64,000 bases of DNA from Azolla caroliniana (taxonomy: Eukaryota; Plantae; Polypodiophyta): contig JBHGNT010000020.1 in assembly GCA_043228905.1 (NCBI GenBank), forward strand, positions 12,400,001-12,464,000, given 5' to 3'. Each line of letters begins with the position of its first letter. The first letter of the stretch is position 1. The notes under the pieces are model-generated. The model was not told the DNA's origin and ran no database searches. It saw nothing but the letters and a program-made list of their open reading frames with translations. The position numbers and the translations under genes are program-made. This document shows, piece by piece, positions 31,368-42,945 of this stretch.

Positions 31368-34300
31368 GTTTCAGACTCAGTGCAGTACGAGAGAATAGCA
31401 ACGCCAGAATGACACAAGAAAAAAAGTAACGTAAAGCAACAGAATAGATTGTCAACAGTAGTTAGGACGCGCGCGTGAAGCGTAGGGAATACAACTGGTC
31501 AGAGCCGGGAACAGAGCTTCGAGCTCTAGAGCAAACACACGGAAAAAGGGGGCCTCTGACCAGGAGCGCGTGGGCGTCTGGCACGAGCCGAGGGTTCCTC
31601 CCAGGGTTTGGTCGTAGAGGTTCAAAAGAGAACGAGTGAGCAAGCTACTTCTTCCTCTGCTTCTCAAGAAAAAAAAACGATCCCTAAAATAGTCTAAGGC
31701 CTCCACTTTTATAGCACAAGGAGTAGTCGTTACATCAGGTTTAATGACTCCTCGATATTCTCTCCTAGATTCTCTTCTTGATGTGCTCTCGCTATCTCAC
31801 CTTTGTTTCCGCGCTCCTACCCACGCGATATTAAATCCTCTAATAGTGCCTAACTTCCTAGTAATCGACAAATTTAGTACACCTAGTACTTACATAAATT
31901 AGTACAAAAAAAGGGGTGCACTTGTGCACACACACGTTCCCATGCATTTGGTGACGTTTCCCCCGATGGCTTGGAATCTTCACAACATCCACCCCCACCA
32001 AACCGCACATCCTCCGGTATGTGCCAGGTAGCGAGTTTAGTGGAGGATTCTAGGGCCAACCGTTACTCGTCCTCCCCGTCCGAGTCATCGTTTTCGATTC
32101 CCATCGTCGGGTCCGGTTCTGCTTCGTTCCACCTTTTGAAGGCCTTTATCCGCTTCCCTACTATCAGTGTCATCATCTGGGTCCCATCGAGCTTCGCGAG
32201 ATGGTATGTCCTGTTGTCGTTTGCGCAAGTCACCACGTACAGCCCAAACCACTGTTTTGCGAACTTACGCGTAGATCGATGTTGGTTGTCGAGACTGTTG
32301 TCATAGACCAGCACCCAGTCGCCTTCCTCGATCTTCTTTGGCCAGAGTTAGTGCGTTTGGTCAAACCTGGCCTTGTTTCTGGTCCGTGCCTCTTTTACCC
32401 TCGTTGTTGCCCATTCCACGTCTTCCGGCCTTCGCTCGAGTTGTCGAATGCGTGCCGCCAACAACTCTTCTCGGCTCATTTCATCGGTCCAATTGACCGC
32501 CATCCAGGAGGTAATTGTTCGTTCCACTGGCATGATGGGTTTCTGCCCGAACATGAGCTCTGCAAGCATGTACCCGGTCACCAAATTGTGAGTAGTCCGG
32601 TTCGCCCATAGCGCGTAAGGGAGTAGTCTTGGCCAGTTGCCGACTCGTCCTTCGCATGCACGTACTATGGCCTTTACGATCGATCCATGGCCCCGCTTGA
32701 CCTTCATGTTTGCTTCTGGGTTGTATGCCGTTGTGAGGGTCAACTTCACCCCTACTCAATCAAATAGTTCCTTGGCATCCTTTGCATCCAGCTCTCCTCG
32801 ATCGGCCACAATATTTCCTACGCACCCGTACCGGTAGACGACATCTTCAATCAGAAACTTGCACACGGCCGCGATGGTCTTGTTTGTCAACGCTCCGCCC
32901 TCCACCTGGTTTGTTAGATCTTCCCTTGCTAGCACCAGGTATCGCATCTGTCCTATTGCCATCGACATCGTCACCAAGTCGACCATCCATTTGAAATGTA
33001 TGGCCGACGGGTAAGTCGGGTGCAACTCTTCGCAATGTCAAACCACTGAGTGCATCTGGCAGCTCTCGCATGTCGACATGAAGTGGTGTACACCTTTATA
33101 CATTCCCGACCACCAATACTTATCCTTTAGCTTCTCGAATGTGGCCCATGTACCCCAATACCCGAACCAAGGGCTTTTGTGGAACTCTGATATCAGCTTC
33201 ACTTGATCCTCGGTTTGCGTTACTACCCGAAGTGGCGCGTCGTTCTGCTTCTTCGGATGCCTCCAAATTTTCCCGTTTCATAGGAAGTACTCGCACGCCC
33301 TCTTCTGGAGTAGACTTGCTTCCTGCCTTGTCCATGATGCGTCCGCCATCATCGTTCTTAGGAACCTTCCAATTAGAAGCCACTCCCCGTCGTAGTCGTC
33401 CTCGTTGAACTCGTTTAGGGGCGGAGTGCTTCGCCTATTTACCTTCATCCGTGTTGATTTGAAGAAGTCCACGCCGACCTCTTCATCTTCCGACACCATG
33501 CCGTCCTCATTCTTGAACCTCGCTCTGGAAAGCATATCGGCCATGGCGTTGTCTTTTCCGGAAATGTGTTGTATTTCCGGGTTCAAGGACTTGATGTACG
33601 CAATCCATCTGAGCATGCTCATGTCAGGAGTTGCGCATCCGGAAACCATATCGAGGATTGGTAGGCAATTTGTTTCTACAATCACTTATGTCCCGATTAA
33701 GTAGTCCTTGTCGACCTTAACCACCGAAACGATACCCCATAGCTCACGCTTGACCTGGGCGTATCCTCACTGCCGCTCGCTCAATACCTTCACGCCGAAC
33801 CGGATGGGGAAACGTGTGCCGTTCTCAACTTTCATGATTTACGACCCATCCGATTCCGGTCAGGCTGGTGTCTACCACGATTGTAAATTGGAGTGTCTGG
33901 TTTGTATACAGTTCTCCGTAAAGCCGGTGCAGTTGTAAGCATTTGTTTTAGTCTCTGGCCCATTTGAAATTCCTGCCTTTCTTTAGCAAGCCGTAGAGTG
34001 GCTCGATGACATGCGCGTAGTGCAGTATCCAAATGTGGTAGAAGGCGCATGCTCCCAAGAAACGTCAGACGTCGGTGATGGATCCACACTCCTCTTTCAT
34101 TACTGAGATGGCCTCTACCTTTGTCGGGGACGGCCTTCAACCATACGGTCCGCACAGGTGGCCGACCACTAAGATCTCTAGTTGTCCGAAAGCCAACTTC
34201 TCCCCAGAGAAGGTAGGTTGAGCGCCCTCAAGCCTCTGTAGTATCTTTTCGCAATCGGAGATGTGGTCCGTGACAAACCTTCGGCATCCGTTTGCTCTCG

Positions 34301-35704
34301 TTGACTCATCCTTCGTGTCCTTTGGACACCCCTTTATAGGAATCATCTAGGAATGGCATGGTGATGTCCGGGATGCAGTCCCTCAATACCTTGTTCATCG
34401 CATTCACCATGTGTGCCACCGAGTTTGTCCCTCCTTGCGGTAGGGTACACATCAGAACTAAGTCGAGAGGGGTTCGCATCGTTGTGATGTCCATGCTTTC
34501 GACGAAGGCTTCCCGACGAACTCGTCAATTGACGGACCGATTCCTGTATTGTGAATGGTCACCTTATTGACCAACTGCAAGTCTTGAATGAAGCGTAGCG
34601 TGCCATTCTTTTTTGGTACTGTAAACCACCGGTTGGAGTAAGTGGTAGTCGATGGTTCGAGGATGCCTAGCTCCACTTTCTGCTTAAGAAGCTTCATCAA
34701 CATCGGAATGTGAACTCTTGGTACCTGAATTGGCTTGAGACTCCACGGCACGTGCGACACCGTAACGATTACCATTGGTTCAACAACGGTCGGGTCGGCG
34801 CACTTGATCTCCCCCGACGAGAATGCGAAGGCTTTACCGTGCCTCTCGAGCATCCTCCTGAATCGGTCCTCTTCTGCCGGCATAGGAAGCCACCCCCACC
34901 TATCTTCAGCTCTCGCAACATCTTGTCGGTGAACCAGTGTCCTATGCTGGCCGGATCTCGCAAGCTTGGGTCGGTAGCGACCCTCTTTATTCGTTCCCAG
35001 CTGCCCTCCGGCAAGGGAGTCACGATTGGCTTCACCTTCCAGTCCACAGTCTTGTACTTGGTGTCCACGCGGGCGGTCTAATGCGCCCCGATTTTCCCTT
35101 TGAAGTCCACAATGACTTCATACATCTCGACTGAGTTAACCGGTATGAGCCGGTCTTCACTTAGACCTCCTTCGACTACCCTCTCGATTTCTCCAAGGGT
35201 ATCATCAAATGAGACCGCCTCCACAACGTTGCTGATCCCCTCTTCATGGCCCAAGGCTCCGCACACCTTTAAGTGCGCCTCGGCTCGTTTCCTTTCTCGG
35301 CCACTAATGCTGGTTATGGTACAACCTCCGTTATTGGAGAACAAAATTGTCCTTCCTATTGTATAGGTGTGGGGTTTGTTCCGGTCATCCAGACTACCCA
35401 ACCCCACGCCTTCATAGTCCTTTCTAAAAATCCTCTTGACCGTTATTGCCAAGGGTGTCCCGATTACGCTCATGATTCTGCCGCACTGTCAAAACTGGAT
35501 GGAGTGACGGTCGTCCTGACTCTTTACCCTTATGTAGGCCGAACCATTGTCTAGTACTTTGGTCTCCAGTCGAGCTGTCGTGATGTATGGATGGGAAAAT
35601 GTCTCTTGCACGAAAAAGTGTCGGTCTATCTCGACGTCCCCGATACTCGGTCTGACATTCAAACATGCCCCGAGCAACTCTTCCGTGGCACTAGTAGCCG
35701 TGCG
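31368..35704 (-). mobile_element. Gypsy copy B: partial 3' LTR (31368-31987), PPT and degenerate IN-RH-RT-PR; 5' end lost
   Basis: LTR edge ...CACAACA at 31987 next to the PPT (minus strand GGTGGGGGTGGA). Minus-strand TATA near 31710. IN (TTAYNPEAN, RKFAKQWFG), RT (LPQGGTNSV, MPFLDD) and protease C-terminus. Interrupted at 35705. Confidence 0.9.
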
Positions 35705-35980
35705 TGTCATGATATGGGAAAACTCGAACCCATGACCTTATGTTGCATGTGTCGAGCTCTTGACCATTAGACTATTTGTTGTAATACGAAATCCATATTA
35801 TTTTCATTTAAGTTTTACTATAGAAAATTGATGTATATTCCAGATTTCTCTGGAACATTCTAGAAACTTTAGGAGTACTCCTGAGAACACTATAAAAGGA
35901 GGCACAAGGCATTATGTCAAACCAAATTGGTTCAACACCAGTCTTAAGCCTCCTAACATAATATATAGCTTTTGTTATCA

Positions 35981-36045
<65 letters not shown>

Positions 36046-37412
36046 TTCCTTCTCTCGAGAGTTTTACACCTCCCTTAGTACTAATCCTCATCTTTTAGTA
36101 CTAATTCATTCTCTGTCTTAGTACTGCTCCTGACAGTTTGAACCTATTTGGGTCTCCTTCCTTCTCTTCCTTTATCTTCTTACTTCTCTCTCCCTTCATA
36201 CTAATCTCTTTTTCCTCTTTTCTCTCATACTATGGCCACTGTTAGCGCTCAAGAATATCAATCCATTTTTTCGGAGTTAAAATGCTTGAAAGAGAAGTTT
36301 CTCGCATTGGAACAAGAAAATCAACGACTGTTGGGGGAGCTTCAACAAATCTCCTTAGAGAAGCAGCAGACGCAACAACACGGGGAACTAACGTTACGCG
36401 TGCAATAGCTCGAAGCAACCATAGTAGCAATGCAACAACAAGGACCCTGTACGCAAGGGGTTCATAAAGAACCAAAGATCGGCCTTCCCATGAAATTCGC
36501 TGGAACGTGATCACAGTTTAGAGGATTCCTTAATCAGGTATGATTAGTCATTCAAATGCATCCTTCCCGATATCCCACCAATGCATCACGAGTGGGTTTA
36601 GTACGCACGTTGTTAAGTGGCTCAGCTTTGGCATGGTTCGCTCCGTTGTTAGAAAAGGAATCTCCTTTACTAAACAATTTTGAAGAGTTTTTAAGTGAGT
36701 TTAAAGCCTGTTTTGGAGATACTAACAACATAAGGACAACAATCAACAAAATCCGGCGATTAAGTCAAAGTGATCATCCAGCCCCCGCATACGCTGCAGA
36801 TTTCCGCCTACTCGCCTCTAATATCCCCTGTGATGACCAAGCACTTATGGAGCAATTTCGTTATGGTCTACGTAACGATGTCAAGGATTTACTCTTGACC
36901 TTCCCCGAAGAACCAAAGTCATTGACAGAAGCAATCAATCGCGCGGTGAGATGTGACAACCGTCTTTTCGAACAACGTTCGGAATGTCAGTTCCAGATGC
37001 CAAGGGCAAGATCTGAGCCCACCTACGCCTTATTGGTAGAAAAACCTTTTCCAAGGGAGTCATATAACACGTCATTGTGAACCATTATCAGAAGAAGAAA
37101 AGCAGCGACGCCAAGCATATCGACTATGTCTTTATTGCGGTGGACCAGGGCATATTGCAGTGAAATGTCCCCATAGGCCAAGAAGACAAGTGAACCAAAT
37201 AGTTGCTAGTTCTAATTGTACTAAACCCGAGTGTATTTTAGTAGGAATATCTGATAGTCCTAATAGTACTAATAGCCCAAATCTATCGAACAAATTTGAT
37301 GTCTTTAGTTAGTTAGAAGAAGAGTCAAACGACTAAGTCCAGCCAAAATAGGAGTCGTTTGGTTGGACAACCCTAGATCTATGCAACCTATTAGTAGTTC
37401 CATTCCCTCTAA
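35705..37412 (+). mobile_element. Truncated sushi/Tcn1-like Ty3/gypsy element: 5' LTR (35705-36135) plus gag
   Basis: TGTCA...TGACA LTR termini and TATAAAA at 35891. Gag LLSGSALAWFAPLLEK...YAADFRLLAS...QFRYGLRNDVKD resembles PEG10/RTL1/sushi gag; zinc knuckle CLYCGGPGHIAVKC at ~37127-37170. No pol or 3' LTR. Confidence 0.82.
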
Positions 37413-38199
37413 GCAAGCGACCCTATAAGAGCTCACTAAGATGGTATGGGACCTCCAGATTGCGCAGGCCTGGAGAGACAGTGGGGGACAATTGCATGAC
37501 CGAAGGCCTCGGTCGACCAACGATGTATGTGGTGTGACGCGGTTGGCCACACCCGAAGAGATTGCGCGGATTTTACCGAGGCACGCAGAAGCAATGTGGT
37601 GTACCTACGGAATGGGCAGGTTCATGCGAGTGAGACTTGGGAAGCCTTGGGTTGGAATACCGGTTGGGATGGAATGGAAGAAGCCACCGCGCGACATGCT
37701 GAGGCCATCCATTATGGCATTAGTCGGTATCCGGGTCGGAGGCGACAACGACCTGAAATCGAGACACTTCGGGTTCTGGACACTAGTGTTGGAAGGCCTT
37801 TTTGGAATACGGTTGAGGAAGGAAGAAGCGGACCGCACGGAGAAGCGGGTTTAGGAGGTTACGGGGTGGAACGATCCGGTCGAGGAGAAGACCGATTTCA
37901 TGGAAGCGGTGTCGTGAAGTTTCCCGCGCGTGTGTTACTTGGGCGGGACCACGGGGGTCTCGGACTAGGGAGTACTCAAGGGATAGAGAAGACCCGAGGT
38001 TTGCTTTATGACAATACTACTTCCCCACCCCTTCCCGAGCAAGGTCTCGTTCCCCTTTTGTTTTGTGAGGCCGGTGGCTCTTGTTGACCACGACTCGTCG
38101 ACCTTCCGAGATCACCGTACGAGCCAAGTGACCAAACGAGTACAAGCAAGATGAGCACGCAACATGAACGCACAAGGGGACGATAACACAAACACGAAT

Positions 38200-38720
38200 G
38201 TCCGTACGGCTTTATGAGGAGGAGAGGTGCATGGGCGCGCATGAACGCTCCCTTGTGACAAGACGTCGAACGTATGAGGAAGACACAAAACACACGCACA
38301 AAATGCTCGTATGCCTTTATGAGGAGGAGAGGTGCATGGGCAAGCCCGAACGGTCCCCTCGTCACAAGACGACCGAACGTACAAGGAAGACACAAACACA
38401 CGCACAAATGCTCGTACGCCTTTATGAGGAGGAGAGGTGCATGGGCAAGCCCGAACGGTCCCCTCGTCACAAGACGACCGAATGTACAAGGAAGACACAA
38501 ACACACGCACAAATGCTCGTACGCCTTTATGAGGAGGAGAGGTGCATAGGCAAGCCCGAACGGTCCCCTCGTCACAAGACGGTCGAACGTACAAGGAAGA
38601 CACAAACACACGCACAAAATGCTCGTATGCCTTTATGAGGAGGAGAGGTGCATGGGCAAGCCCGAACGGTCCCCTCGTCACAAGACGGCCGAATGTACAA
38701 GGAAGACACAAACACACGCA
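38200..38720. repeat. ~105-bp tandem repeat x5 in the copy C 3' LTR
   Basis: CTTTATGAGGAGGAGAGGTGCA at ~38210, 38315, 38420, 38525 and 38631. Confidence 0.95.
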
Positions 38721-39459
38721 CAATCAAAACATAAATATTAAATACCCTTAGAGACAAGGCAAAACCGAACACGGCGAAGACGAACCACGACCACCCGAAC
38801 GGCAAGCACACGGGCTCGCAACGACGAACGGGGCGGAGCAACGTTGAGTCAACGAAGCTTGGGCTCACGAGCCCGTGGCGATGGGGGGATGAAGGGGTAT
38901 GAGATGAAGAAAAGTGGTGAATAAGGAGATGAAGAGCTTCGAAAGAAAATTGGCGATAGTCTCATCCTCCCAAAACGTCCTCCCAAATGAGCCCCCCTCG
39001 ACCTCCTTTTATAGGAAAAAAAGAAGGGGGGGGGACGCCAAATTTGTCTTCAATGAAAAAGGAATAAAATTCCTTAAATCATGCTACACTGTAAGACTAG
39101 ACTCAAACCGTGCACCTCTAGCTAGTAGTCAATGTGACTATCCACTAACCCAATAACTCTTTCTTATATAATATGTAAGTCTATCTCTATAAATTTATAG
39201 CCTGTCTCCCCTCTACCCTTTATCTCACCTCTCTCTTACTTTTTGCACGAGCTTCTATACCTCCCTTTTACCCTTTCTTTTCCTTTTTATTTTGCATATG
39301 CACAATTAATCGCTTTTGTGTGCACACACATTGCACATGCACATTTTTGACCCCCTTTTCGCCGGTTTTTGCCACCCTCGAGCACGCCACATCACGACAT
39401 CCACCCCCACCAAACCGCACATCCTCCGGTATGTGCCAAGAATGGCGGGCTGAGGGTGG

Positions 39460-42400
39460 TTAGTAGTTCATTTCCTCCTCCTCATTGACCCCATGGCTTG
39501 TTGTTTGCTCGCCTTTGTTTTCATCAAGGTCATCGAGGTTTGGCTCCTTGTCGTGTCGCTTTTTGAAGATTTTGACCCGCTTCCCGGCTATTGGTACTGC
39601 CAGCTTAGTCCCATCGAGTTTAGCGAGGTGGTAGGTAGCATTATCGTTTGCACTCGTTACCATATACGGCCCGAACCATCGCTTTGCGAATTTCCGCATC
39701 GACCTATGTTGATTGTCGAGACTACTATCATATACAATCACCCAGTCTCCTTCTTCGATCTTCCGAGGGCGTAGTCGGTGTGTCTTGTCGAATCGGGCTT
39801 TGTTACTTAGCCTAGCCGCTTCTAACCTCTCCTTTGCTAACTCCAAGTCTTCGGGTCTTCTCTCAAGTTGCCTTATCCTTGTGGCTAGAAGCTCTTCTCG
39901 ACTCATCTCGTTTTCCCACGACATCGCTACCCATGAAGCGATCGTGTCTTCAATGGGCATCACCGGCTTTTGTCCGTACATGAGTTCAGCTGACATGAAA
40001 CCTGTAACTAAGCTATGAGTTGTTTTGTCGGCCCACAAGGCATAAGGTAGTAACCGAGGCCAATTCCCGACTCGCCCATCACAAGCTCGTACAATGGCTT
40101 TTACGATAGGCCCGTGTCCGTGTTCTATCTTTCCATTAGCCTCTGGGTTATAAGCGGTCGTGAGAGAGAGCTTCACTCCAAGTCGGTCAAAGAGCTCTGT
40201 AGCTTCGTGAGCGTTCAACTCTCCTCTATCGGCCACTATCTTTCCCACACATCCGTACCGGCAAATGACATCCTCGAGTAAGAATTTACACACCCCCGCC
40301 GTCGTTTTGTTTGCTAAGGTCCGCCCTTCTACTTGGTTTGTTAGGTCTTCTCTTGTTAGCACCAAATATTTCATTTGGCCCACTCTCATCGGCATCGAAA
40401 CCAAATCCACCATCCATTTGAAGTGTATGGTGAGTGGGTAGGTCGGGTGCAACTCGTCCCTATGGCGTATGTTGGAGTGTATCTGACAGCTTTCACACGT
40501 CCCCACGAAATGGGCGACATCCTTGTACATTCCTGGCCACCAATACTTCTCCTTTAACTTCTCGAATGTTGCCCACGTTCCTCTATGGAATTCAGACACC
40601 AATGTTGTCTGGTCCTCTTCCTTTATGACCACTCGTTGTGGCGTCCCCGTCCTTCTCTTCGGGTGCCTCCAAAGGAATCCCCCTCGTAGGAAGTACTTGT
40701 ACGCTTTCTTTCAGACTCTTTGTGCTTCCTGCTTCGACCATGAACTATCCATTGTCATTGAGCTTAAGAACTTGCCAATGTGTAGCCACTCCCCTTCGTA
40801 TTCACTTTCGTTGAAGGCGTGGAGTACTCGCACATCTTGATCATCTATAGATGCTTGGGCTGTCTTAAAGAAGTCAAGAGCGACATCCTCATCTTCAGAC
40901 ACCATGTCGCTTTCGCCTTCGAACCTTGCCCTCGATAGCATATCTGCCATGACATTGTTCTTCCCTGAAATGTGGTGAATCTCCGGGTTCATTGATTTGA
41001 TGTAAGCGATCCATCTTAGCATAGCTAGGTCAGGTGTTGCACACCCCGAAACCATCCCTAGGATTGGAAGGCAATCCGTCTCTATTACCACCTCTGACCC
41101 GATTAGGTAATCTTTATCCGCCTTCACTGCGGACACAATACCCCAAAGCTCACGTTTTACTTGGGCGTATCCTCGTTGTCGCTCGCTTAAGACCTTGGCT
41201 CCGAACCGGATGGCATAGCGTGTACCATGCTCTCCTTCTTGGTTGATGACCCATCCAATCCCTGTTGGACTCGTATCTACCGTCACGTAGATGGGCACCC
41301 CTTCCTTGTATACGGCTTTTCGTAAAGCTGGTGCCGCTACCAACATTCCTTTGAGCCTCTTCATTGCCTCTGTGTGCTCTTCCTCCCACTTGAACTTCCG
41401 CCCCTTCTGAAGTAGCCCATACAAGGGCTCGGCTAGGTGAGCATAGTGCGGGATCCAGATGTGGTAGAATGCACAAGCACCAAGAAATCGCCTCACCTCT
41501 GTTTGCGATTTACATTCTTCCCTCATGTTTGTGATGGCGTCCACCTTTGCCGGGGACGGCTTCCGTCCGTACGCCCCGCACAAGTGTCCCACCACAAGGA
41601 TCTCTGGTTGGCCGAATGCCGATTTCTCACCCGAGAAGGTCAAGCGTGCATCTCCGAGTCTTTGTAGAACCTTCTCGCAATCGGAGATGTGATATGCCAC
41701 AAAACGTCTGCACCCATACTCGTCCAAGGTTTCATCTTTCTCCGCTTCATAGCACCCTCTTATGGGGATGTCATCGAGGAATGGCATGGTGATGTCGGGG
41801 ATGCAATCTCTCAGTACCTTGTTCATTGCATTTACCATGTGGGCTACAGAGTTAGTGCCTCCTTGTGGCAAGGTACACATTCGCACTAGGCCGATAGGAG
41901 TTCGCATCGTCGTGATGTCCCTGCTCTCCACAGCTAGTTGGAATTGATCATACCCCAAGTATAGATCACCGATCGAATAAATAGACCTTCCAGCGAAGGC
42001 CTCGACGAATTCGTCAACACTCGGTCCGACCCCGGCATTTCGAATTGTCACTTGATTAACAAGTTGTAGGTCCTGGATGAAGCGTAATGTGCCGTTCTTC
42101 TTTGGCACAGTGAACCACCGATTCGAGTATGGGGAGCTTGATGGCTCGAGGATACCCATCTCGATCTTTTCCTTGAGTAGCTCAATCAACTTTGGGATGT
42201 GAGCTCTCGGAACGGGGATTGGCTTGATGTTCCACGGTACATGCGGCACCGTAAAGATCACCATTGGCTCCACGATCTTAGGGTTTACACACCCTATCTC
42301 ACCCGACGAGAAGGCGAAAGCCCTTCCGTGGCTTTCGATCATCCTTCTAAATCTTTCCTCCTCCCTAGGCAATAGGAAGCCACCCCCACCAATCCGGAGC

Positions 42401-42945
42401 TTCTGTCGCGTCTCGTCGGTGAACCGATGCCCTATGCCTCGTGGGTCCCGCAAGCTAGGATCAGCCGCTACCCCCTTTATCCGATCCCAACTATCGTTAG
42501 GCAATGGGGCAGCCACATGCTTCACCTTCTTGTCCACGGTCTTGTACTTTATTTGCACCTTGACCGTCCTCGCTTCCTCAATCGACCGCCCAAGCTCTTC
42601 GATGGCGGTGTACATGTCAACTGAGTTGACTGGAATTACCTTGTCTTCATTGAGGCCCGAAACGACTACCCTCTCCATCTCTCTGAGAGTGTCGTCGAAC
42701 GAGACTGCCTCCATGGCGCCGCTTATGGTGTCATCTTCCCCCAATAAATTACATTGTTTGAGATACCTTTCGTATCTCTTGGCCCTAGACTTATCTCTAT
42801 CACTTAAACTAGTAATTTTACAAGCGCCATTTTCGGAGAACCAAAATTGTTTCCTATTACATTTAATAGTTTTACAAGGGTTTAGGGTCTTAGTTTGCCT
42901 CGGGCTATTGCGGCCCCACTCTCTAATAGCCCGAATCAAAAATCC
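39460..42945 (-). pseudogene. Copy C pol ORF (linker-RT-RNase H-integrase) in the -1 frame relative to gag-PR
   Basis: ORFs 40711-42939 and 39460-40632 are in one frame, separated by a single TGA. RT GYDQF/LPQGGTNS/FLDD, RH VDTS...ETD, IN WMVDLV...VADRG...PEANG. A 7-codon deletion relative to copies B and D falls in the HHCC motif. Confidence 0.92.

Noticed and set aside
36430-37336. Domesticated PEG10/RTL-like gag gene
   Set aside because: It has stops and frameshifts, follows an LTR and sits within a TE nest.
38006-38751. Long ORFs on both strands in the LTR repeats (also 45129-46066)
   Set aside because: The 105-bp unit equals 35 codons, so several frames stay open by construction. No protein motifs, and they lie inside LTRs.
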